Assembly (NCBI RefSeq): GCF_006345805.1
Contig: NC_043002.1
Location: 59,086,001 to 59,150,000, forward strand
Source of the DNA: Octopus sinensis
Taxonomy: Eukaryota
Direction of reading: 5' to 3'
Length of the DNA stretch: 64,000 bases
This document shows positions 50,131 through 62,760 of the stretch, piece by piece. The notes beneath the pieces are model-generated. The model did no database searches. It saw only the letters and a list, made by a program, of their open reading frames with translations, and was not told the DNA's origin. Every line of letters begins with the position of its first letter. Position 1 is the stretch's first letter. A program made the position numbers and the translations under genes.

Positions 50131-51948
50131 GTGGAGTGGAGAGTGTTTGTCTTGGTAGTACTTGCTTGAGCATGTCCGAATGTTTGTTCTGGATCTGAAA
50201 CTTGGGGACAGAGACGGTTGATGTTGCTCCCTGTATCACTACCCCACACTAATTACCACTGCTGCCCCCCCCCGCCCCCCACCATTGCCAATGTCACCAT
50301 TACCACTACCATTACCATCTCTTTCACTGTCACCATTACTACTGCTGCCACCACCATCACAGCCACCACCACCAATCACTACTGCTGCCATCACCACCAC
50401 TCTGCCACCATCACCACCGCCACCACACTCACCACCACCATACTCACCACCACCACCAAAATGTATAAAATACCAGTCATATTGTTTTCACTGGCATTTT
50501 ATTATATTGGCCTTGAAGCATTGAAAATCAAAGTTGACTTTGATTGGATTTGAACTCAAAATGTAAAGAGTTGGAACAGACACTCCATTGCAGATGTGTG
50601 GAATATTCTCTCACTGTCGTCAGATCATTTTGTGATAGAGATAGCGGAGGAGATTATTCCTTGCAGTTAAGTATTTAAATCTTCTTCATCAAACTATGTT
50701 GACATGTAAGACACAGCAGCTAAAGCTCACCCAGATCATACCCTCAATATGTTAGCTTAAAAGGATACTTCATCATCTTTTAATCTCTGCTTTTAATCTT
50801 TTAATCTCTATGTTGATATGCCTTGGACAGTTTGACAGGATCTGGTGAACCTCAAGTCTGTGTTGAGCTCTAATGTCAGCTTTGGTCAGTTTCTATGGCT
50901 GGACACCCTTCCTGAAGCCAATTGCTTTACAAACAATAGTGGGTGCTTTTTATGAAGCACCAGCACTAGTGAGGTTGCCAAGTAAAAAAAGTAAAAAAAA
51001 GGCATCTTGAAAGATAACAGTTCAAGATATAATTGTTTGATTAAAGGTGGGGGTCTGGGGGGCATTTTCCCTCATCCCTGCTCAAGAAAAAAGTGCACCC
51101 TTCTAAATAATGTTAGTATGCCCTTTATCCAGGAATTGTATTTCCTTCTGACCATGTGTTCTTCCTTTGAAAAATTCCTGGGACTGTGCCTGAAGATGGT
51201 GGTCACATGTCTTGAAACTTGTTTATTCCTGGGTCTGTTCATTTAGGTACAACCTAGGGTTAAATGACAACTTAGTGCCTTTTAAGATGGAAACTGCAGG
51301 ATTTAAGTCCTACATGCAAGCCTCCTCCCCATTGTGCATCACCATCAACATCATTATCATCACCATCATCATGTTTTAACTACCATTGCCCTAGAACCAT
51401 GACCACCACTAATGCCATTGCTACTGGGTGGCACAAAAGGTCACGAAGGGGTCTGAAATTTTTTTCTTTTACTTTCCATAGCCATTGGACTGTGGCCATG
51501 CTGGAGCACCACCTAGAATGGTTTAGTTGAACAAATCGACTCTAATGCTTATATTTTTAAGTCTGGCACTAGTTCTATCATCGATCTCGTTTGCTGAATC
51601 GCTAAGTTATTGGAGCATAAACAAACCCACACCAGATGACATGCATGAACAAACACACACACACACATAGCAGGCTTCCACATAGTTTCTGTCTACAAAA
51701 TTCACTCCCAAGGCATTGATCAGTCCGGAATTATAATAAAAGACACTTTCCCAAGGTGCCATGAAGTGGGATTGATCCTGAAACCATCTAGTTGCAAAGT
51801 GAGCTATTTAATCACATGCTTCTGCCTGCTTTTGTATTTTTGTAGCTGTGTGGTAAGAAGTTTGCTTCTAAACTACATGGTTATAGGTTCAGTTTCCTGG
51901 TGCTTATTATGTGCCACCAGCACAGGTACCATGTATATATATATATAT

Positions 51949-52081
51949 ATTAATTGTTATCGCCATATTAATATGACAGTCAAATAGCTAGCTTAAGGCG
52001 ATGGCCTCATGGAGCTAATCAGCGACAGCTTTAGTCTTATATCTATAAGACTGTCATATTAATATGGCGATAACAATTAAT
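51949..52081. repeat. Perfect 33-bp inverted repeat with ~67-bp spacer
   Basis: ATTAATTGTTATCGCCATATTAATATGACAGTC at 51949-51981 and its reverse complement at 52049-52081. Confidence 0.92.
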
Positions 52082-52367
52082 TTCCAGTAACGCTGCCGTA
52101 ATCTCTTTTAGAGAGACTTAGTAATTTTAATATTTCTATTATATATATATATATATATATATCGGGAGAGTTTACAAAAAAAACAAAAGACAAAGACAGG
52201 TGGTGTACAAAACAAACAGATGTATTAGTATAACGCTTAGGAATAGAAAAAGTCTTTTACGTTTCGAGCCTACGCTCTTCTACAGAAGGGGACACAGAAA
52301 AAACAGAGAGAGAATCAAGGAGAGAAAAAAATGTGCGTAGTGGCTAACGATCTATCATGGCAACTAT

Positions 52368-52414
<47 letters not shown>

Positions 52415-52493
52415 TAATAAATATTAGGGAATGAATCCAAAATTACAGGGAAAAATCAGATTTAGGGTTAAATCCAATTTTATAGTAAAATAT

Positions 52494-52793
52494 TATATAA
52501 TATAATTCGAGACAAAACCACTATTTCAAAACCAAACAAGGAAAGACTTAATCAATACATAAAATTTTAATATAAATTAAATAAACCGCCACTACAATTG
52601 TTTCATGTCTGCTACCGACAATCTTCAGGTGGATTTTCGATCTTCTAATCAATATCAAATTTTGATTGTCGGTAGCAGACATGAAACAATTGTAGTGGCG
52701 GTTTATTTAATTTATATTAAAATTTTATGTATTGATTAAGTCTTTCCTTGTTTGGTTTTAAAATAGTGGTTTTGTCTCGAATTATATTATATA
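52494..52793. repeat. 130-bp inverted repeat (one mismatch seen) with 40-bp spacer, Penelope-type inverted terminal structure
   Basis: 52494-52623 versus 52664-52793, embedded in (TA)n. Confidence 0.92.
52589..52632 (-). ncRNA. Minimal type I hammerhead ribozyme motif (Penelope-type)
   Basis: CCAC-CTGAAGA-T TGTC ggtagca GACA T-GAA-AC AATT GT-A-GTGG. Confidence 0.72.
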
Positions 52794-53339
52794 TATATAT
52801 ATAAATAGGTGTGGCAAGAAGCTTCCTTCCCAATCACATGGTTCTGGGTTCAGTCCCACTGTGTGGTCCCTTGTGAGTGGATTTGGTAGTTGGAGAGTGC
52901 AAGTCCATTGTGTGTTTGTGCTTGTTTCTACCACTGCTTAACAAATGGTGTTGGTGTGTTTATGTCCATCAACAAAATAACCACCCACACTACATCAGCA
53001 CCACCCACCACCATGACAACGATGATGATGACGATCACCACCACCATCAGTATCATCTCCATAAACACCCCCACCCTGACCCCACTTACACCACCACCAC
53101 TAACACCACCACTACCACCATAACGACCAGCACGACCATCATTTCCGCCTCCACCACTCATGACAAAAAACACCATCCCCCTCCCCTCTGCACACTAATG
53201 AAAATATAAATCAGAACAGTTTCAACCTTGCTGTGAAATCTTAAGTTCGTTAATTAAGTCGTCATTATTTAATAATCTAAAGCAGGTGTTAAGTGATTTT
53301 AATTATAGAATCTATTACACTGCCTCAATGGCTCTTCTA

Positions 53340-53750
53340 ATTAAATGCTTTCTCTTCTCCTTCTCTCTGTTCTCTCCCTGTCACCTTTACTCCTCTTCCT
53401 CCTCTTTTCCTTTCTTCTCCTCCCCTCTTCTTCCCCTCCTCTCTTTCCTTCTCCTCCCCTCTTCTCTTCCTCTCCTCTCCTTTCTCTCCTTTCTTCTTCT
53501 CTCCCTCTTCTCTTTGTCACTTCTCCTTTCTTCTCTCTCTCTCTTCTCTTTTCTTCTCCTCCTCTTGCCTCCTCCTCCTCCCTATCTTTTTCCACTCCTC
53601 TCATCCTCTCTTCTCTGCTCTTTCCCCTCCCCCAACTCCTCCTCTCTTTTTCTCTCTCCTTACTCCCACTCTTCCCTTCTCTCCCACTCTTTCTCCTCCC
53701 CTCTTCTCCCCTTCATCTCCCTCTTCTCCCCTTCATCTCCCTCTTCTAAA
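53340..53750. repeat. CT-rich low-complexity tract
   Basis: Direct reading. Confidence 0.9.
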
Positions 53751-54133
53751 TACTACTTCACTAACAGTTATTTGCTTTAAAAAAAAAAAATTAAATCAAA
53801 CAGAAAAATGCAAAAATCAGAGTCCAAGACAAGCAACATTAATGGCCTCGTATTGTTGACAACATTTCACAATGAGGTACAATGGTGAGACAGCAGATCC
53901 ATTAGCACACCAGGCAAAATGCTTCGGCATTTTGTCCACCTTTACATTCTGAGTTCAAATTCCACCAAGGCCATCTTTGCCTGTCAATAAAGCAGTTAAG
54001 CAGGTACCAGTTGCACATTGGGTGGGGTGGTGGTGGTGGTGGTGTTGATGTAATCAACTTATCCCCTTCCACCGAAATTGCTGGCCTTGTGCCAACATTT
54101 GAAACCAATATTATACAGACACCTCGGCTGAAG

Positions 54134-54169
<36 letters not shown>

Positions 54170-54559
54170 TGAGTAATTTGCAGAAGATATTACATCAACA
54201 GGAACACCAAGTGCAGTGGAATCGGTGCAGTTATTGATTTCTCTTGATTTACAAGAGCAAAATACTTGACACTATACACCAAGGAGTCATCTAAGAATTA
54301 AGTCAACTGTATCCAAGATTATCGGTTGACTAAGTCAGTCGACACCTCTTGTGCAATTTTCTTTGTTATGGCATTGAAGGAAATCAATAGGTAGAGATGT
54401 TACAGTATTGGACTTCAAAAAGCACTTTGTGACATTTTTGTCGCTTGTTTGTGTTTCTGAGTTCAAATCCAGCCAAGATCACCTTTACATTTCAGGCTTC
54501 ATAAGTTTTTACATCTGTTTTGTTCATGCTTTGTATGAGTTTGATGAATATAATCATCA

Positions 54560-55030
54560 TCATTATTGTTTAATATCTATTTTACATGCTGGCATGGGTT
54601 GGACAATTTGACTGAGGACTGACAAGCCAGGAGGCTGCACCAGGCTCCAATCTGATCCAGTAATGTTTCTACAGCTGGATGCCCTTCTTAACACCAACCG
54701 CTCCGAAAATGTAGTGGGTGCTTTTTGCATGCCACTGACATGGGGGCCAGTCAGATGGCACTGACATTGACCACACTTGAATAGTGCTTTTTACATGCCA
54801 CTGGCACGAGACCAGTCAGGGGGCACTGGCAGCAACTAAGCTTGCATGGTGCTTTTTATGTGCCACTGGCATGGGAGCCAGTTGGGCAGCACTGGCATCT
54901 ACTATGCTTGAATGGAGCTTTTTATATGCCACCAGCATGGGTGCCAGTTAGGTGACACTGGCATCAGCCATGACTACAATTTCGCTTGACTCAGCAGGTC
55001 TTCTCAAGCACAGCATATTGCCTGACGATT
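54560..55030 (-). mobile_element. RTE 3' UTR/tail copy
   Basis: CATGCTGGCATGGGTTGGAC, CTGGATGCCCTTC and repeated GGTGCTTTTT..GTGCCAC motifs. Confidence 0.8.
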
Positions 55031-56587
55031 GAAGAGTGCTTTTAAATGGGCCAGTTATAGAGGAATTTGGCCTTAGAACGTATAAACGGAAGAAAGACTG
55101 GTAAGCATTTTGTCTGATTTAGCCAGCTTGCCGCCATAAATATTTAGTATGTATTTCTTCATTGCCCACATGGGGCTAAACGTAGAGGGGACAAACAAGG
55201 ACAGACAAAGGGATTAAGTCGATTACATTGACCCCACTGTGTAATTGGTAATTATTTTGTTGGTGTGTTGTGACCCCCTTTGGTCATGAATGACCATGGG
55301 ATTGCACCTAGAAAGTTACCCTCCAATGTACGTCAGTTACATTGATCCCAATCCTTGAATGGTAATTTTTTTTATCGACCCTCTTGGAGTGGTTGGCATT
55401 AGGAAGGGCATCCAACCGTAGAAAATATTCCAAAATGAAACTGGAGCCTGGTATAACTTTCCGGCTTACCAGTTCCAGTTAAACTGTTTAATCGATGCCA
55501 GAATGGAAAATGGATGCTAAATAATGATGATGATATATGTATGTGTGTGTGTGTGTGTGTATCTGTATTTGTTCCTCCTGTCTGTTAACAACCAATGTTG
55601 TTTTGTTTATGTCCCAATAACATAATAGTTTGGCAAAGAAAACAAACAGAATGAGCACCAGACTTTAAAATAAGTATTTTGATCGATTTGTTTGACTCAG
55701 CACTTGAAGGGGGCAGGAATAGATGTGGCAGCAACAAGGTTGCAATCCAATAACCAAAGCGAGTAAAAGATCAATGATAATTCTTCTACTTAATTGCTTT
55801 GCAAACTCTGATAAAATCCAGCATCCCAGCAACATCACTGTAAAAAACAAAGGCAAAGCAAAACAAAATGAAAACCAAATTAGAAAGGCAACAGAGAACA
55901 TAGTAAACAACAATAACAAAATAATAAAGAAGTAAAAAAAAATTAGGTCATGTGACCTAGCTAGATATGGTTTGATTTCGGTTAAGTAATGTCTTGGCAA
56001 TATTGCAGAAATATTAGGAACTATTTTACCAAAGAATCTCTGCCAATGAAACTCTCTTCTTCTCAGTATGACTGAGAAGACATTATTGATCTTCCGTCTT
56101 AAATTTTTGGTGTTATTTGATGTCAAGGAACCATATCAAGAAAAATTTGGTTGCCACACATTGGTTTTTTTGTTTCTTTTCTGTGTTTTTTTCTTTGCCC
56201 TTTCTAAAATAGATTGAACTAGTATTTTGTAAGTGCTAAGAATTAAAATTCCTATCCATTAGTTGTCTAGACTCCATTATTATTATTATTATTATTATTG
56301 TTGTTATTATTTTTGTTATTATTAGGCAGCGAGCTGGCAGAATCGTAAGCATGTCGAGTAAAATGGTTAGCAGTATTTCGTCTGTTTTCATATTCTGGGT
56401 TCAAATTCCACTGAGGTTGATTTTGCCTTTCATCCTTTTTGGGTCGATAAATTAAGTACCAGTGAAACACTGGGATTGATTTGACTAGTCCTCTGTCCCA
56501 AAATTTCAGGAAAGTTCACCATCATCAATTCATCATTTTTTCCCAATAAAATAGTTTTTAACTATTAATGGTGGGATACTGTATATA

Positions 56588-56644
<57 letters not shown>

Positions 56645-56942
56645 CTAGCAGTATCGCCCGGCGTTGCTCGGGTTTGTAAGGGAAATAACTATATAAGCAT
56701 TTTTAGAGAGTTATAGCCAAAAAATAGCAAAAAAATGCATTAAAAATGGAAAAAAATGATGGTAAATTTTTTTTAAATCGTAGACTCATCGTCGACGCAC
56801 GCTAATACCCAGAAGGGCTCGATATGAATCACGACTATAAGATACCCGGTTTTGGTTAAACTGCACCGCAAAATGTGGGAGTAGTTAGGAATCTAAATCG
56901 TAGGAGACAGACACACAACTTGACTTTTATATATAAAGAAGA
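56645..56942 (-). mobile_element. Non-autonomous Helitron-type element
   Basis: Minus strand starts TCTTCTTTATATATAAAAG..GTGTGTCTGTC and ends in the CCCGAGCAACGCCGGG hairpin + CGATACTGCTAG. Confidence 0.7.
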
Positions 56943-56949
56943 TATATAT

Positions 56950-58880
56950 ATCAGGCGTTCATTGACAAGGAGAAAGCCTTTGACAGGGTCCCCTGATTGC
57001 TTATCTAGTGGTTAATGAGGAAACTAGGGATAGATGAATGGTTAGTGAGAGCTGTGCGAGCCATGTACAGGATGCTGTCAGTAAGGTGAGGGTTGGCAAC
57101 TAGTACAGTGAAGAATTCTGGGTAGAGGTAGGGGTCCACCAAGGTTCAGTCCTCAGCTCTCTCCTATTTATCATAGTTCTCCTGGCAATAATGGAGGAAT
57201 TCAAGACAGGATGCCCCTGGGAGCTCCTCTATGCTGATGGGCTTGCTCTAATTGCTGAGTCACTATCAGAACTAGAGAAGTTTCAGGTGTGGAAGCAAGG
57301 ATTAGAATCGAAGGGCCTTAGAGTCAACCTACCTAAAACCAAAGTCCTAATAAGTAGGAAGGTAGACAAACCACAAACTCCTTCAGGTAGATGGCCCTGC
57401 TTGATCTGTAGAAAAGGCGTAGGTAGAAACTCTATAAGATGTACCCAGTGAAAGCTATGGACACATAAGAGGTGCATCAATGTCAAAGGAAGGCTAACTG
57501 GGAAGATAGTTTTGTATGTGGCAGATGCTCAGGAGCAATAAACACTGAAAATGCACAGAGAACAACTTCTGCCACATTCCAGGGAGAAAAACGAGAAGTA
57601 GTTGATAGCTTCCATTACCTAGGTGACCAAGTCAGTAGTGGGGGCGGGTGTGCTGAAAGTGTAACTGCTAGAATAAGAATAGCCTGGGCAAAGTTCAGAG
57701 AGCTCTTACCTCTGTTGGTGACAAAGGGCCTCTTGCTCAGAGTAAAAGGCAGACTGTATGAAGCATGTATACGAACAGCCATGCTACATGGCAGTGAAAC
57801 ATGAGCTGTGACTGCTGAGGATATGCGTAGGCTCGCGAGGAATGAAGCTAGTATGATCCGATGGATGTGTAATGTCAGTATACATACTCCACAGAGTGTA
57901 AGTACTTTGAGAGAAAAGTTGGACCTAAGAAGCATTAGTTGTGGTGTGGATGAGAGATGATTGTGCTGGTATGGTCATGTGGCAAGAATGGATGAGGATA
58001 GCTATGTGAAAATATGCCACACCCTAGCGGTTGAGAGAACCTGTGGAAGAGGTGGACCCAGGAAAACCTGGGACGAGGTGGTGGAGCACGACCTTTGAAC
58101 ATTAGGCCTCACCAAGGCAATGACTAGTGACCGAGACCTTTGGAAATATGCTGTGCGTGAGAAGACCCGGCGGGACAAGTGAGACCATAACTTGTGGCCT
58201 TTACCAGGGATGTAGCCAGCCCACTTACGCATACCTTTCCTTCTTTGCACACAAAACTCTGCTTGCAAAGACCTGTTGAGGCAAGTGAAATTGAATTCAA
58301 AATTGAACCAAATATGACTGGCACCCATGCCAACCTCCCTTCATTAGACACTAAACTCTGCCTGCGAAGACCTGTTGGGGAAAGTGAAATCGAAATCGAA
58401 ATTGAACAAAATTTGATGACTGGCACCCGTGCCAGTGGTGCGCTAACAGCTCCATCTGAGCGGGATCACTGCCAGAGTGGCTGTCTCGCTTCCATGCCGG
58501 TGGCATGTAAAAAGCACCATTTGAGCGTGATCGTTACTAGCATTGCCTTACTGGCACTTGTGCCGGTGGCACATGAAAAAACATTCGAATGAGGTCGTTG
58601 CCAGTGCCGCTGGACTGACTCCTGTGCAGGTGGCACGTAAAAATCACAATTTGAGTGTGGCCGTTGCCAGTGCAGCCAGAATGGCCCTCGTGCCGGTGGC
58701 ACGCAAAAGCACCCACTACACTGTCAGTGTGGTTGGTATTAGGGAGAGCATCCAGCTGTAGAAACTCTGCCAGATCAGATTGGAGCCTGGCGCAGCCCCA
58801 TTTGGTTCGCCAGTCTTCAGTCAAATCATCCAACCCATGCCAGCATGGAAAGCGGACGTTAAATGATGATGATGATGATG
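56950..58880 (+). mobile_element. Decayed RTE copy of the same family as 3075-6670 (RT 3' half, PHD segment, 3' UTR, GAT tail)
   Basis: EEFKTGCPWELLYAD..GRWPCLICRKGVGRNSIRCTQ and AMLHGSET, with stops and frameshifts. Confidence 0.92.
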
Positions 58881-58939
58881 CTGTGTCCCAAACCCCAGCT
58901 TCATACTAAGGCATCATCATCATCACCATCATCATCACC

Positions 58940-59605
58940 ACCATCATCATCATCATTTAATGTCCATTGTCCACGCTGGTATAGGTTGGACGGTTTGATT
59001 GGTCTGGCACACACGAAGGCTGCACCAGACTCCAATCTGATTTGGCATGGTTTTCTATGGCTGGATGCCCTTCCTAGTGCCAACCACTCTAAGAGGGTAA
59101 TGGGTGCTTTTACGTGCCACCGACATGGGTGCCATTTGTCTGACACCAGGGTGGTTTTATGTGTCACTGGAACAGGTACCAATTTGTGTGACACTGATAT
59201 CTGCCACGACTGCAATTTTGCTTAGCTTAATGGGTCTTCTTCTCAAGCATGACATAATGCCAAGGTTCTTGGTCCTTGCATCCGTGGGGTCCACCACTCA
59301 AAAGAAACTCAGCCACTTTGACTCCGTGGGGCCCAAACACTCAAAAGAAACTCAGCCACTTTGCCTCCGTGGGGCCCAGTACTCAAAAGAAACTCAGCCA
59401 CTTTGCCTCTGTGAGGCCCAACAGTCGAAAGGACCTCAGCCATCTTACCTCTGTGAGGCCCAACACTCAAAAGAAACTCAGCCACTTTGCCTCTGTGAGG
59501 CCCAACACTCGAAAGGTGTTCTTTACATGCCACCGGCATGGGTGTACTTGGCTTGACGGGTCTTCCAAGCACAGCACATCGCCAAAGATCTCGGTCACCA
59601 GTCAT
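58940..59605 (-). mobile_element. RTE 3' tail containing a ~42-bp tandem repeat (59295-59516)
   Basis: AACACTCAAAAGAAACTCAGCCACTTTGCCTCTGTGAGGCCC repeated about 5 times. Confidence 0.8.
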
Positions 59606-60093
59606 TTTAAAAAATACTTAATTATTTTTTTAAATAATTGAAACAAAGCTAGAGTATTTCAACAAAAGTATGCTAACAAGGGATTAACCCTTATGGGACC
59701 AATCTGTCTGATTTTCCCTTGTTCTATGATCCAAACTTCCTGTTTTCTAAAGGAATCTAAATTAAATCCTTACATCAAATTTTTGTATCAAATTACGTAC
59801 CAAACACCAACCTGAAAATAACAGGGTTACTGTACAAAGGTTTTAGCTTTTATCCTTTCCTTGTTTCAGTCATTAGACTATGGCCATGCTGGGGCACCAC
59901 CTTGAACAATTTTTTAGTCAAATGAATTGACCCCAGTACTTCTCTTTTTTAAAGCCTGGAACTTATTCTATCGAACTCTTTTGCTGAACTGCTGAGTTAC
60001 AGGGAGGTAAACAGCAACACCGGTTGTCAAGTGGTGTGTGTGTGTGTATGTGGGTATAAATACACACACACACACACACAAAAACACACACAC

Positions 60094-60129
<36 letters not shown>

Positions 60130-60739
60130 CACACACACACACCACACACACACACGTGTGCACACACACACACACACGTGTGCACACACACACACATATT
60201 TATATATATGATGGGCTTCTTTCAGTTTCCATCCACCAACTCCACTCACAAGGCTTTTGTGGTTAGGAAGCAAGCTTCTTATCCAAAAATCAATTGAAAC
60301 AGAGGCAGTACATTTCAACAAAAATCCAAAAGAAAGGGTTAATATTCCTCGAAAACATCCTAGTCATAAATGAAATTATAAATAAAAGAATGCTTGTCTC
60401 CCTGAAATCACTGACCTTGCCCTCGTAAATCCTCCTAATTATGCATTTCTCTTCCTTCGTTTCTCTCACCCTAAATACTCCACAGCTGACTGTTCATGCA
60501 TGGAAACATGATAGAATGTAATTAACGTGTAACTACCACAAAGTCAGTTTTGGTTTATAATTTCGGTGGTGGTAAGTGATGTGTGTGGGGGGAATGGCAG
60601 TGGGCCTTTAGTGTTTTGATGATGTTGGTGGTGGTGGTGGTGGTGGGCGTTTGTGTCTTGTGGTGCATTTCTTATGTTCTTTTTTCATCCTTTCATTTTG
60701 TTTGTCTTCCTGTCAATTCCACACCGTCCCCCGCCTCAG

Positions 60740-60785
60740 CCATAATCCAATCGCTTCACCAAATCTGGATAACCTAAAACATCTT
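60740..60785 (+). CDS. Candidate 46-nt micro-exon (HNPIASPNLDNLKHL)
   Basis: Pyrimidine tract + CTCAG acceptor, an open frame and a TT|GTAAGG donor. There is no homology support. Confidence 0.3.
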
Positions 60786-61979
60786 GTAAGGCCTCAGGTT
60801 GTTGCTGTTATTGTTGCTGTAATTGTTGTTGTTATTGTTGTTGTTGCTGCTTAACCTAAGTCACTCCTCATTCAGCAGATCCGGTGTTCAAAAATATTCC
60901 AACCATGACCATCCTGTCATTCTTTTACTTCAGATGTAGTATAACTGGACTATATATATCTAATGTTTCTTTTGAGCAAAATGGGACTTGAGGAAGATTT
61001 GGCTGTTGTTTCTCATAGTTCAGGCGACCACATTGAGGCACTGTTTTATTGGCTTGTGGTGGTAGTAGTAGAGATTAGGTAAATGTGCTTCCAAACGTCC
61101 CTACCTCTCCCCTACTCCACCACACTAATACACGGTCGGATGGGTAGATGGGTGCTGTAAGGAAGCTTTGATTAAAATATTAGGGGTGTCCTCAGGAAGA
61201 TAAGACTATACAGGGCATCTGACTCATGGATTCCTTCCTGAGGTATTTTTGGTGGTTGAGTGGGGTGGACTGTGGAGAAGGGGGAACAAGTGGATGTTGT
61301 CGTGGAGAGTGGTCAGTACGTTGTCTTGTTTGGATATTCTTCATATTTCTTATATTTCGTTTGGATATATCCGTTATAAAGTACTGTGAAAGAGTGAAAT
61401 ATGAAGAAATTAGATAATGCTAACCTAAATTAAATACACCGAAGGATCTGGAGTTCAAGAACTGCTGAAGACAAGTTTGTGAAGGTTTTTTTCTTTCCTT
61501 TTTATATATTTTTACTGTTTGTTTTTGGTCATTTTTGTTCATCATATTACTCTGGACAGGATTTGTAAAATATATGTGGTAGTGTGTGTGTGTGTGTGAT
61601 TATTCAGTTTATTTCAAGATTTCTTGCCAATAGAGAAAGAGCCGGTTTCTAACCTAGATCTAAGGCTCCCTCATTGGAATTTCAACATCAACAACAGGGT
61701 ATGTATGTTTGTATGTATGTATGCATGTATGTGTGTGTGTGTATATGTATGTGTATATGTATGTATATATGTATACACATATATGTATGTGTGTGTATGT
61801 ATGCATGTATACATGTATGTATATATGCATGTGCATATGTAGTTATGTATGTATGTATAGATGTCATTATTCAGTTTTATTTCAAGATTTCTTGTCAATA
61901 GAGAAAGAGCCAGTTTCTATCTTAGATCCAAGGCTCATTCATTGGAATTTCAAATTCAACAGTGTTTTTGTATGTATGT

Positions 61980-62023
<44 letters not shown>

Positions 62024-62184
62024 ATGCAGATTTGTATGTATACTCATGCATATAGTTGCATATGTAGATATGTTTAAATATACTTAAATAATAAACTTCT
62101 GGTTTTACAGAAGTTTTTTCAGATTTTTACAGTTCCAGTTATGTGTGTGTGTGTGTGTCTATATAAATGTACATATATATGTAT

Positions 62185-62760
62185 ATAGGTGCAGGCATGG
62201 CTGTGTAGTAAGTCGCTTGCTTATCAACCACATGGTTCTGGGTTCAGTCCCACTGCATGGTACTTTGGGCTAGTGTCTTCTACTATAGCCTCGGGCCAAC
62301 CGAAGTCTTGTGAGTGGATTTGGTAGACGGAAACTGAAAGAAGCCCGTGCGGGTGGCACGTAAAAAGCACCCACTACACTCACGGAGTGGTTGGCGTTAG
62401 GAAGGGCATCCAGCCGTAGAAACACTGCCAGATTTGACTGGGCCTGATGAAGCCTTCTGGCTTCACAGACCCCAGTAGAACCGTCCAACCCATGCTAGCA
62501 TGGAAAACGGACGCTAAATGATGATGATGATGATGATGATATATATATACAATGTGCGTCAGTGTTTGTCTCTGCCACCATCGCTTGACAACCGATACTG
62601 GTGTGTTTACCTCCCTGTAACTTAGTGGTTAGGCAAAAGAGACCGATAGAATAAATAATAGGCTTACAAAGAATAAGTCCTGGGGTTGATTTGTTTGAGT
62701 AAAAGGCGGTGCTCCAGCATGGCCGCAATCAAATGACTGAAATAAGTAAAAGAATAAGAA
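62185..62760 (+). mobile_element. SINE B interrupted by a 5'-truncated RTE 3' end (~62349-62540)
   Basis: SINE head up to GAAAGAAGCCCGT, then the RTE tail with (GAT)n, then the SINE tail resumes (CATCGCTTGACAACCGAT..). Confidence 0.85.

Noticed and set aside
51180-51235. CTGAAGA ... GAAACTTGT motif
   Set aside because: There is no convincing stem I or stem II pairing.
62440-62475. CTGATGA-AGCC ttct GGCT in the RTE 3' UTR
   Set aside because: It has the first half of a hammerhead but is followed by TCAC rather than GAAA, so there is no core.
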